Source: Vitrella brassicaformis CCMP3155
Taxonomy: Eukaryota; Protista; Chromerida
Direction of reading: 5' to 3'
DNA length: 64,000 nt
Assembly (NCBI GenBank): GCA_001179505.1
Contig: CDMY01000287.1
Coordinates: forward strand, 1-64,000
Shown here piece by piece: positions 25,780 through 38,217 of the stretch. The position numbers were made by a program, and so were the translations under genes. The notes beneath the pieces were generated by a model. The model made no database searches and was not told the origin of the DNA. It saw only the letters and a program-made list of their open reading frames with translations. Numbering within the stretch: the first letter of the stretch is position 1; every line of letters starts with the position of its first letter.

Positions 25780-26910
25780 TCTGTGCCGCACACAAGTCAG
25801 TCGTCGAGCCAGCCGAATAAACAGAGAAACACATAACACGTATACGGGCTGAATATGCACAACACAAATCTATGCGATCGATGCACATCAAGACATACAT
25901 ACCGACAGGTACTTACCTGTGTGTGTGTGGATGGTGAAGGAATGCATTAACAGTACAGACAGACCAACGACCGACGTCAGACAGACACAGTACACACGGA
26001 CATAGACAGACAGACAGACAAATGACGGGTGCCCATATACGCCTACAAAGCCCTACCTACTGGTACCACACACCAACGAACGTACACGCACAGATGCGCC
26101 CGTCAGTCACATCAATCAGTCAATCACACCCGGCGATTCTGCGACCGCTCCCATCTCATGACACACCTGCACACACACACACACACAGCGCACACAGAAT
26201 GGGGTCGACCGACCTTCGTCCCAGACACAAGGAAGGCTGTCTGACCTCCAAGCGACCAGCTGCACAACGTAGGCCACACACGCCGGCCCGATTGTCGCCC
26301 AAAAGGCCGCGGCCGCCAGCATCTGGGGGTCCGTCAAGGCAGTCAGCGAGCGCACCACCAACCGTCTCCCAGCAGCGTCCCTGACCGAATCGAATGATAC
26401 ACACGCAGAGCAGCCGTATGTGTTTGTCTCTCTGTTGTTTGTGTCAGTCAGGTTCTCACCATCCACACACGCCGTGGGGGTAGAATGGCTGCATGGTGCC
26501 TTTGTTGGCGTCGAAGGGCAGCTGGGCGGGGCCGTTGGTCGCCAGACCGATCGCACAGGCGCTCATGGCCGACAGGTACGGGCTCACCGCCTCACACACA
26601 CCTGCACACACACGCGTGTGTGTGTGTGTGAGGCGTTGACTGATGCGCGTGTGTGTGTACCTCCGATTGCGAGTGCGACTGACCCCCAGACGACGACACG
26701 CCAGCGGGACTTGAGCAGCTGTATCTTCAACACCTGCGCCAACACACACACACACACACGTGTGTGTGTGTGAGCAAAGGTGCGTGTGGCCGACTGACTG
26801 ACCCCAGCGGCGCTCATCTTGACGTTGTCGAGCAGCAGGGTGCCCACCACCACCACCAGGGCACACACATAGCTGCCCCGATCTGTCACCACACACACAT
26901 ATGATGACAC
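25780..26910 (-). pseudogene. Duplicated 3' end (last five exons plus downstream flank) of the glucan-synthase-like gene
   Basis: Near-identical to about 30940-32250: DRGSYVCALVVVVGTLLLDNVKMSAAG / VLKIQLLKSRWRVVVWGSVALAIG / AVSPYLSAMSAC... / LTALTDPQMLAAAAFWATIGPACVAYVVQLVAWR / CVMRWERSQNRRV* (stop about 26124). No 5' part. Confidence 0.8.
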
Positions 26911-27133
26911 ACACCCCTGTCTATGTAAAAGCGTCCTAAGCAGCATCGCACAATGCAAGCAGACACAGACACACATCTGCGCAGACGTACATGAAATGAA
27001 CGAATGGGTCCGTCTGCGCTAGCACTCGCAACGTTAACACGCTTCGAAGCGCATCAATTGCTCGGGAAATGAACCAAGATATAAGATGTACGCAGCGATT
27101 CCCCCGCCCTCCCCCTGCTTGTCAACCAGTCAA

Positions 27134-28050
27134 TCACACCCGTCGATTCTGCGACCGCTCCCATCTCATGACACACCTGCACACCCACACACACAGCGCA
27201 CACAGAATGTGGTCGACCGACCTGTGTCCGTCCCAGACACAACGAAGGCTGTCTGTCTGACCTCCAAGCGACCAGCTGCACAACGTAGGCCACACACGCC
27301 GGCCCAGGCGTCGCCCAGAAAGCCGCGGCCGCCAGCATCTGGGGGTCCGTCAGGGCAGTCAGCGAGCGCACCACCAACCCTCTCCCAGCAGTGTCCCTGA
27401 TCGATTCGAATGACACACACACACAGACACAGGCAGACCTGGGGGTGGATTCCGCGAAGTGGGTTGGAGAGAAGAAGTGGGTTATAAATAGAAGGGTTGT
27501 TTGGATGGTTTTCGCACCAAGCCCTGGGTGGTCTTGGTTCTTGTCTATCAGTCGTATGTGGGCCTGCAGGTGGCCATCAATGGTCATCCTACGGTCAAGC
27601 TTGCGTAGCGTCGTCGGTTTGCTGACCCGCCCCTCTCTCTTGGCGTGTGTGGCCAACTCGAGGTGCACTTGACCCATGTGTTGGATGGGCCGGGCCACAC
27701 ACACAGAGCGAAAGACGTGCCTGAGGAGATGACACTCACACAAAGAGGGGAGGGAGCGGGTCAGTCAGAAGTAAGTACCTCAGAGAGCACCGCTCGATGG
27801 CTGTGCGTACCAAGTCGGATGCCCCGGTCAATCTATTGCCCAGAAATCTCCGGCACACGCCCTCGTGGCTGAGCTGCACATGCGGCAGATCCCCACACAC
27901 ACAACAGTATGTCTGTGAGTGATTGCAGGCAAACGCACAGTGGGCAGAGGCCAATCAACGCATAGCATAGCGCTCACCGAGAGCAGTCCTCTGACACCCA
28001 AATGAGCCTTGGGGTCTTCGCGCAACTGACGCGGCCATCTCGACCTGCGG
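27134..28050 (-). CDS. Putative chimeric gene: unique 5' exons spliced in frame to the last two exons of the glucan-synthase-like gene
   Basis: LSHEGVCRRFLGNRLTGASDLVRTAIERCSLR | HVFRSVCVARPIQHMGQVHLE...FAESTPR | DTAGRGLVVRSLTALTDPQMLAAAAFWATPGPAC...VAWR | CVMRWERSQNRRV*. Splice phases are consistent; start codon not identified. Confidence 0.45.
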
Positions 28051-28154
28051 ATCAGAAATAGTGGGACAGGCGGACTTTTTAAACCCCCTCCCCGTTTCCC
28101 CCCGCCGCCGCCGCCCCCGGGTTTCGAGGGCCTGGCGGAGTCGTTTTCTGTGGC

Positions 28155-30415
28155 ATGGCCTTCCGTCGCGCCCTTTTCACTCTTGCCGTCTTCATCCTCG
28201 CTGTGCACCAATGCTGCCAGGTACACAGTTGAAACGGGACGCAGTGCTTCCCCCTGTCTGTCGTGCGAACTTACAGGGTGCCGGACCAGGCAACCGCTCG
28301 CACAAGGGCCAGCCAGGCAACCACACACAAGACCACACACACAAGGGCCGGCCAGGCAACCACACACAGAAGGGCACGTGCACGTGTTGGGACGACAAAG
28401 AATCCGTGAGGGCCGACATCCACAGGGAGTTTGCCAGTGGCGGTGTGATTTGGGGACAGGAATCTGAATCCATCTCCGAGGGTCTGCTTGACAAGTTCGC
28501 ACGAGAACTGAGTTTCGATTTGGGTCGGTTCGGCACACCAGTGCCAGCTGTGGATAAGGAGACCATTCGCTGGCTCACAGACAGTAAGACCGTCCTACAG
28601 GGAGCCTTCCTCCTTCTGATCCTTTTGGTTTCTCAGATGCCCTCTCAGCGAGGAACTTCGTTGTTGACGACAAGCTGGTTCGCTGCGCTATCAGACAGCA
28701 CACAGGTCTCCATCTCCGTGCATCCATGTGTGCAGGTGTCCGTGGTGTATCGTCGTGCTTTATATCCGAAGGAGACTTGCAATCCCCGGTTTTGCTGGCC
28801 ACACGGATTTTCATGCAGCAAATGCGGATGTTCATCGCGAGGGTGCAGGCTTTCTAAGACCGACCAACCTTATGTGGGCTGGAAGATCGTCACGCACGGC
28901 GTGAGTCCTGCACAGCCATGCCGACACCCAGCCGCCTTCAAGTCGTGCCCAACGGACCCCGGCGACCGCTTCGTGGTCTTCCCGCCCAACCTTGACCCTT
29001 GGCGCGGCAGGGCGGTGGCCGATGCTACAAGCCTTGGCCCCTGGGAGGTGGTGTGTCTCATCACCCTCAACAACAATGACGGTCGGTTGATGGCTGAAGA
29101 GGAGGTCGCCATGATCTCTCACGGTCATAATAGTCGCGACCAACAGTTCATCACGTCGCTTCCAGAGGGAGTGTTTGCCGCCCGCAAAGCAATCAGCAAC
29201 TGGGAGCGCATGCGCATCTTCAAGCTGGGTGGAGACCGCCAGCCCATTGGCGGCCAGATCAGCTATGGTGACAAGGTGGCGGTGTGGAGCAAAGCATCGG
29301 GAAAGTGGTGGGCTGCTGAGCAGTGCAATGGCGGCGTCAACGCCAACAGGGAAACCATCGGTCCGTGGGAAACGTTCCTGTATACCAAGGGCGAGTGCAC
29401 GTGTTGGGACAACAAAGAATCCAAGAAAGCCGACATCGCCAGGGAGTTTGCCAGTGGCGGTGTGATTTGAGGACCGGTTTGGGGACCGGAACATTCAGAT
29501 TCCTCCTTTTCCGTCACTGAGGATCTGCTTGACGAGTTCGCACGAAAACTGAGTTTCGATTTGGGTCGGTTCGGCACACCAGTGCCAGCTGTGGATAAGG
29601 AGACCATTCGCTGGCTCACAGACAGTAAGACCGTCCTACAGGGAGCCTTCCTCCTCCTTCTGATCCTTTTGGTTTCTCAGATGTCGGCTCAGAGAGGGAC
29701 TTCGTTGTTGGCGACAAGCTGGTTCGCTGCGCTGTCAGAGAGCACAAAGGTCTCCATGTCCGTGCTTCCATGTGTGCAGGTGTCCGTGGTGTATCGTCGT
29801 GCTTCATATTCGAAGAAGACTTGCGAGTCCGAAAGGATTTGCTTGGGGTGCAGCAACTGCGGATGTTCATCGCTAGGGTGCAGGCTTTCCTCGAGCAACC
29901 AACCTTATGTGGGCTGGAAGATCGTCACGCACGGCGTGAGTCGTGCACAGCCATGCCGACACCCAGCCGCCTTCAAGTCGTGCCCAACGGACCCCGGCGA
30001 CCGCTTCGTGGTCTTCCCGCCCAACCTTGACCCTTGGCGCGGCAGGGCGGTGGCCGATGCTACAAGCCTTGGCCCCTGGGAGGTGGTGTGTCTCATCACC
30101 CTCAACAACAATGACGGTCGGTTGATGGCTGGAGAGGAGGTCGCTATGATCTCTCACGGTCATAATGGTCGCGACCAACAGTTCATCACGTCGCTTCCAG
30201 AGGGAGTGTTTGCCGCCCGCAAAGCAATCAGCAACTGGGAGCGCATGCGCATCTTCAAGCTGGGTGGAGACGGCCAGATCAGCTATGGTGACAAGGTGGC
30301 GGTGTGGAGCAAAGCGTCGGGAAAGTGGTGGGCTGCTGAGCAGTGCAATGGCGGCGTCAACGCCAACAGGGAAACCATCGGTCCGTGGGAGACGTTCAGG
30401 ATCCGATTCCTGTGA
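28155..30415 (+). CDS. Secreted protein with two tandem modules (Cys-rich segment plus fascin-like/actin-crosslinking beta-trefoil); single in-frame TGA at 29468-29470 between modules
   Basis: Signal peptide MAFRRALFTLAVFILAVHQCCQ | GAGPGN (phase-0 intron). Beta-trefoil-type repeats AVADATSLGPWEVV, VFAARKAISNWERM, VNANRETIGPWETF. Unit of about 1.02 kb repeated (about 28367-29386 and 29387-30400). Frame continuous except for one TGA. Confidence 0.7.
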
Positions 30416-31425
30416 TCGATTGATGTCAGGGGTCTGGAGTGTGGGGCTGACTGACCCGTCTGTGTGTGTGTGTCGGGTCCACGGGACACAGACAGTCCTT
30501 TGCATATGGATCGCTTCTCTATTCGGGTGCATTTTTTCTTCCGTACGTATTTGTATACGTGCTCGGCTGCATGATCATTTTTCGGCTCTCCTGTGCCTGC
30601 CTTGCAGAATTTTCTGTGTGCGTGTGTGGATGCGTGTGCTGGTAGTTAGTGCATGGAGCCATCGACAAATGTCTATCGGTGGATAGAGACGTGCCTGTGT
30701 AGTGTTTCGTGTCTATTTCAGTCAGCACCGGCCTGCAAGTAGAAGTCCGTTGTGTCTTTGCGTGGGTGGTGGAATTCCGACACCACATCGTTCGAACATG
30801 TCATTATGCATCACTCACAGACCCATCCACACACACACGATGCTGTAGCCCTAAATCCACCTAAGTATGTGGTGTGGATGAAGGCATGAGCGCGTGGAAA
30901 CAGCGCTTTGTGCACGTTGGAAACCACACATGATGTGTTCAGGTCTGTGCCGCACACACGTCAGTCAGTCGGCCAACATACACCATTGATTGCATGATGC
31001 GATCCATACACATCAGGCAGTCAGTCGTCGAGCCGAATAAACAGAGAAACACATAACACACGGGCTGAATATAGACAACACAAATCTATACGTGCGATGC
31101 ACATGAAGACAGACAGACATACACAGACATACCGACCGACAGGCACTTACCTGTGTGTGTGGATGATGGATACGAAGGAATGGACAGTACAGACCAACGA
31201 CCGACGCCAGACAGACACAGTACACTCCGACACAGACAGACAGAGCGCAGACAGACAGACAAAACCGGTCGGTCGTCAGTCGTCATATGTGTGTATGTGT
31301 GTGGATGGCACCGACAAATGACGGGTGCCCATATACGCCTACAAAGCCCTACTTACTGGTACCACACACCAACGTACACGCACACTGCACACTGCACACA
31401 TGCGCCCGTCACATCAATCAGCCAA

Positions 31426-32078
31426 TCACATTCGTCGGTTCTGCGACCGCTCCCATCTCATGACACACCTGCACACGCACACACACACACACAGCACGCA
31501 GCGCAGAGAAATAGCACGTTCATCGCGGCGTGAGTGGGGTTGGCACACACAAGGAAGGCTGTCTGTCTGACCTCCAAGCGACCAGCTGCACAACGTAGGC
31601 CACACACGCCGGCCCAAGCGTCGCCCAGAAAGCCGCGGCCGCCAGCATCTGGGGGTCCGTCAGGGCAGTCAGCGAGCGCACCACCAACCCTCTCCCAGCA
31701 GCATCCCTGATCGATCGAATGACACACACGCAGAGCAGCCGCAGCCGCATGTGTGTGTCTCTCTGTTGTGTGTGTCAGGTTCTCACCACCCACACACGCC
31801 GTGGGGGTAGAATGGCTGCATGGTGCCTTTGTTGGCGTCGAAGGGCAGCTGGGCGGGGCCGTTGGTCGCCAGACCGATCGCACAGGCGCTCATGGCCGAC
31901 AGGTACGGGCTCACCGCCTCACACACACCTGCACACACACGCGTGTGTGTGTGTGAGGCGTTGACTGATGCGCTTGTGTGTGTACCTCCGATTGCGAGTG
32001 CGACTGACCCCCAGACGACGACACGCCAGCGGGACTTGAGCAGCTGTATCTTCAACACCTGCGCCAACACACACACAC

Positions 32079-32109
<31 letters not shown>

Positions 32110-35100
32110 AGCAAAGGTGCGTGTGGCCGACTGACTGACCCCAGCGGCGCTCATTTTGACGTTGTCGAGCAGCAGGGTGCCCACCACCACCACCAGGGCA
32201 CACACATAGCTGCCCCGATCTGCCACCACACACACATATGATGACACACACCCCTCTCTATGTATATGCGTTTGACCGTCCCGGTGCGAGTGTGTGTGTA
32301 CCTCCCCCGGTGGCAGCGAGGTGCATTCCGAGTGCTCTCAGGATTGCGGGCGGCGGCACCAGCAGCGCCAGGCCGGTCACCGGCCACAACGACTTTTGAC
32401 GCATACGCGAGATCAGACCGAAGATGGCCATGGACACGACGGCCGCCAGCACGCCCGTGACACCCAGCACCACACCGACCGTTGAGGCCCCCTCACCCCC
32501 TGAACACACACACATGCGCTTCTTTGTGTTTTGTGTTCGTGTTTGTGGGTATTCCGTCACCAGAGGCATCGGCAGTCCCCGGCTCTCCCATGTCGTCGGT
32601 AGCCAGCCGTCTCAGCAATGAGTGCAGGGCCATCTGCTGGTGGTGGTGAGATGAAGCGCTCTCGGTGCTTGTGCCGGGCTCCTGAGGCATGGGTGTGGAG
32701 GTGGCGAGCATCAGCAGCCACGCCAGCCACAGCACAGAGGGGAACGACGACAGCGAGCTGAGCCACAAGCAACCAAACAGACAGACAGAGGAGATGTGTC
32801 TATGTGTGGGGGCGGGGCGGTTTGTCTGACTTGATGCAGTCTGCTGCAGCGATGGTCCAGAAGCATGTGGCTGAGGAGGGATGGCCGGCCTTTGGTGTGG
32901 CTGCTGGTGGCTGTGAGGCCTTGTGGCGCCTCTTCGAGCACAGTAAAGGCACGTCGAACGGCCTGCAAAGATGCCATGCGTGGACACACACGCACAGGTA
33001 TCTCATGGTGTGTGTGTGTGTGTGTACCACTCGACGCTGGGCAGCTTGGTCTCTCCGATCACCGGCGGGAGCCCCAGCAGCAGTGCAAGACCCACCAGAA
33101 ACAGCAGCACACTGCACACACATTCCCCCCCCCCCCCCCCCCCCCNNNNNNNNNNNNNNNNNNNNNNNNNNNNNNNNNNNNNNNNNNNNNNNNNNNNNNN
33201 NNNNNNNNNNNNNNNNNNNNNNNNNNNNNNNNNNNNNNNNNNNNNNNNNNNNNNNNNNNNNNNNNNNNNNNNNNNNNNNNNNNNNNNNNNNNNNNNNNNN
33301 NNNNNNNNNNNNNNNNNNNNNNNNNNNNNNNNNNNNNNNNNNNNNNNNNNNNNNNNNNNNNNNNNNNNNNNNNNNNNNNNNNNNNNNNNNNNNNNNNNNN
33401 NNNNNNNNNNNNNNNNNNNNNNNNNNNNNNNNNNNNNNNNNNNNNATTCCCCCCCCCCCCCCCCCCCCACACACACAGATCCGTATGTGTGTTTGACAGG
33501 TGGGGTGGTGGGTGTGGCTGCTCACCACATGACGCCCACAGACGAGAGCACAACCACACTGCTGGGCGCCAGGCCACCCCTGTTGCTGCTCATCGCTGGT
33601 GGTGATGGTGATGATGGGATGCCACCATCCTCGCGCAGGGTGGTTGTGGAACTGGCCAGGTCGGCTGCATCTGCCACAGCCCTTGTGAAGTTGAGGAGCA
33701 CCTTCCTGCTGGCGCCCGATAAGACGTCAGGCGAGCCGAGAGCCTGAACCGAGCGCCACACACACAGAGAGGGATGCAGGGGTGTGAGCATGTGGGAGGG
33801 GGGGGGGGAGGGCTACGTGTGCAGCCGTCTTGTTGCCGGTGTTGTTGCTCTTGTGGGCGACGTGCTTCCAGCCGGGGGGCAGCTTGCCTTGCAGCAGATC
33901 CATCACCTGTTACATGCAGCGCGCAGCTAGCTACCGGTGGGCTGGTGGGTGGGAGATGGGAGACGTGTGTCCATGATGCTTGCTGCTTACGTCTTGCGTG
34001 TGGCTCTGGCCTGGCGGCACCACTGGCATCGGCCCCACATCGGTAAAGGCAGATGGGGGCGCTGAACAGACGCATGACACACAGACACAGGAGTGGGGTG
34101 CGATTGGATGCGTTTGTGTGAGGGGGGGGGGGGGNNNNNNNNNNNNNNNNNNNNNNNNNNNNNNNNNNNNNNNNNNNNNNNNNNNNNNNNNNNNNNNNNN
34201 NNNNNNNNNNNNNNNNNNNNNNNNNNNNNNNNNNNNNNNNNNNNNNNNNNNNNNNNNNNNNNNNNNNNNNNNNNNNNNNNNNNNNNNNNNNNNNNNNNNN
34301 NNNNNNNNNNNNNNNNNNNNNNNNNNNNNNNNNNNNNNNNNNNNNNNNNNNNNNNNNNNNNNNNNNNNNNNNNNNNNNNNNNNNNNNNNNNNNNNNNNNN
34401 NNNNNNNNNNNNNNNNNNNNNNNNNNNNNNNNNNGGGGGGGGGGGGGCCTTTGCTGACTGGGCGATCCTGTGAGTGCGGCGAATATGATGACGTCCAGCA
34501 GGGCGTATGAGATGAGGTGCCGCACCGACTCACCCACCGCAGTACGGCCAGTGGCACACGACAGAGACCCTACACACATACACAGAGAGAGAGGGAGACA
34601 GAGAGAGGCGCATTCGTGTGCGTGGCCATCCCATCCACAGACCCATGCCCACCTTCAGGCATGTCCATGAAGTTGAATCCCAGAAAGATCGGGAAGCCTG
34701 TCGCAGCGAAGACCGAGTGGACGGTCGAGACCACCGCCAGACACACCAGCAGCAGACAAGGTGGGGAGGCGCCTGAAGTTGTGTCGCTGCTGGTGTGGAG
34801 GAGGTGTATGCCCGTGGCCGTTGCTGCCACGGCCAGTAGGGAAATCGCCTGAGAGACCGACACGTGCAGTTGTGTGTGCTGCCATCCATCCATCCAGCCA
34901 TTTGCCCACACACGCACCTGGGCCACCATCCCGGTGCAGAAGAGCTTGTTGACTTGAATGCGCCGGCTCGCCACAGCCCAGCCGAGCGAAGACACACCTG
35001 CCAGTCCAGCCAGCATCACACACACACACACACACACAGACACACAAAGACACCCACATGCGACGTGCGAAGCTTCTTTCCCTTCACTTTGTCATTCACC

Positions 35101-35482
35101 AACCGTAGCATAGCGCCCAGACAGAGAAGAGCACACACGGCAGCCACCCATTGCGGAAAAAGGCTGTGTACGTCGGAGACGGTGCTGCTGCTGGTGGTGT
35201 TGGTGTTAGTGGTGGTGGTGGGAAGGTGTGCTGTAAGGCCGAGACGGCCAGGGCGAAGATGATGTGCCCGGAGGCCGGGGCCAGGCAGTAGCCAAGCAGG
35301 ATCAGCCAGTTCCTGCACATCCATCCATCCATCCACATACACACACCGTTGGGCTGTCAACACCGACCTGATGGCGACTTCGCCGCCGAGTCCCTGCCAC
35401 GCCATTATGTGCACCAGCCACTGACGCATCCTGCTGTAGGAAGAGTCATGCTCGGTGCCTGCGTGTTCGTCAACTGACCACA

Positions 35483-35516
<34 letters not shown>

Positions 35517-37327
35517 CATAGAGGCGGGCGGTGTGTGTGTACCTGCCCTCTCTCTGTCTGGATGATGCTGTGGTTGAGGGCCCCCTCCAGAGGACAAGCC
35601 GAACTGGTAGAGTGCGTGCGCCTGCTTGACCACAGACGCCATCGTGACCTGCTTCTTCGTCATGACACTGGGGGAGGAGCCCTCCACACACACATGACGA
35701 TGGTCGTCACCTGCACACAATGTCCGTGTGGCCTTCGTGTGTGTGTGTCGGTATGTGTGGTCCCCTCACCGCCTTTGCTGTGTGTCCGTGGCCAGTTTTG
35801 CCGGAACCATCGCAACACGCCGAGCGGCCACGGCAGCCCAGAGACAGAGGACGGCCGCTCGGCTGCCTCATCGGGTAATGTCGTTCCGGCCATATCGCCA
35901 GCCCCGCTCTCAATATCCCCCTCGCCATCGAGATGCTCAATAGTCGCTGCCTCATCAGTGGGCGCCTGTGTGGTGCTCTCTGCCGGTGACGGTGAGGGGG
36001 AGGGCTGCACCTGCTCGAGGTGCTGGATAAGCAGCTCGTCCGTCACGCCCTCGGCGAAGACCCTCTCGTCCAAGTCCAGATTATCGAGACCTGGCGGCGC
36101 GTCATCGGCGGTGGTGCTGTCTTGCTGTGGTGGTCGGTGCGGGTCTTGTGGCTGTCGGGGAGATGGTGACAGCAGGGCGGGGGCAGAGCTGGTGTGCGGC
36201 ATCGGAATGGGAATCGGCACCTGACACACACACACACACACACACAGAGACACAGAGAGAGGGAGAGAGAGATGTGTGCCGGTGCTCCTGTGTCCCCACT
36301 GGTGCGTCGTCATCGAGCGGCCGTGGGGTGGTGTCCGCCGAGTGGTACCGATGCGCACGGACGGCCGACCTGCCATCATATCCACCCACACCCACTCTCA
36401 TAAATCCACACCCACCCATTCCCTCAGCTAGCTCACTTATAGAGGGCCGCCAGCCTGTGTTGCCAGGGGTACAGCGGGAACGACGTGGCCAGCGCCTCCT
36501 CGGCCATGCGCGACAGCTCGCTGTCGGACGCTAGCATGGCGCGGCGAATCGACGCTGACACACAGACACACACACACACACACAGACGCGGATGTTTGCT
36601 GGGGGATGTCCCTCTGTCCCTCTGTCTGTCTGTCTGTCTGTCTGTGCGACCTTGGAGCCCCGCTCGTATGTCGGCGTCCTCGACGGCCTCGCCCGTCTGG
36701 TCGCGAACAGGAAAGTAGAAACCGGGCACCTTCCCTGCAGACAGACAGATGCACAAGGAGGAAACGCTGTCTGGATGGATGGATGTTCGTGTGGGAGTGT
36801 CCTCACCGAGCCCACCAACGAGCGACGCCACAGCCACGCTGCCGCGCCACGCAAACTCCACATCGACATACCTGCACACACACACACAGTGGGGTGGGGG
36901 GCGGGGAGCTGTATGGTTGGTCGGCTACCCGAATGGCTCTGATCGTGAGGGCATGATGCAGAAGTCGGTGGCCCACTGCAGCGAGGGGGGCGGCCGCATG
37001 AACCGAGCCGCCACGTACAGACGACCCTCAAACGCACCAGAAGCCTGCAACCACACACACACACACACACAGAGCCGGGGGGGGAGTGTTCTCACACACA
37101 CGGATGCACACGCACGCCCGCAGAAATGCTCACCTTCAGGCTCTCCAGTTTTCTCCGCGCGTACTCGCCGTAGGCGTCGCCAACCGGGCCGATGCAGACC
37201 AGCTGTGTGTAGGGAAAGGTGAGCAGCATCCACCGCGCCACGTCGGCAATCAGGTCGATGCCCTTCTGGTGCACCCAACGGCCCACGAACACCCAGATCT
37301 TGGCGCGACGATTGACAACCAGCCCTG

Positions 37328-37361
<34 letters not shown>

Positions 37362-38182
37362 AGGGTGTGGGGGGGGGGCGGGGAGAGGGTGACACACCGA
37401 GGTCCTTCTGGGCCAGCTCTTTGTTCCTGGCCTTGAGAGCCATCAGACGGACGCGCGAAGGCTGTGGCTGCTGGCGGTCGTCAGCCGTCCACACCGGCCG
37501 CTCCTGACACATCACATGCCACAGGCACGTACAAAAGTCTCTCTGTGAGTGTGCTGTGCAGGTGAACTGAATGGATGCACTCACCGACTCAGGCACTGGA
37601 TTTGGGATGGCGTCGACCTTTGCCAGTGTGCGCAGCAGCGGCATGGTGGTCCACCTGCACGAGGGCGATTTGTGTGTGTGAGTGCGTGTGTGTGTGTGGC
37701 GGGGGCGTACAGCTCGTGTGCGTAAGGCGCCGACACGGCCGACACGCCGATGCCCCCCTGATACCGCCGGCAGTACCGCACCATCGCTGAAAGCATGTTG
37801 AAGCGACCTGGCCCCAGAAACAGACACACACACACATATGTGAGCATATACATCTCTCTCTCTCTCTCTCTCTCCGTGTGTGTGTCTGTGTTTGTGTGAC
37901 CGTCGTGGACGGCGAATGTGTGTATGGTCTTCCTGGGCAGCGCGAAGATGGCCTCGAGCTTCTCCAAGGCTTTGTCGTCCACCTGCTGGAAAATCTGCAG
38001 CCCCACACACACACACAGACACAGCACACAGACACAGACACACTGTTCCTGCACCCGTCTGCACAAACAAGTGCATCATTATATTGTTCTTACTTACCTC
38101 TCCTTGGTACTCTCCGTTGTGCAGGACGGCCATGCACGGCACCCGGCCGAATGGCCGGCAGTACAGAGGGGCCAGACCTGCA

Positions 38183-38217
<35 letters not shown>

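Noticed and set aside
31426-32250. Stand-alone EamA/DMT transporter from the 'LAAAAFWAT.GPACVAYVVQ' exons
   Set aside because: Exons splice in frame with the upstream TM region of the glucan-synthase-like gene and no separate start is evident.
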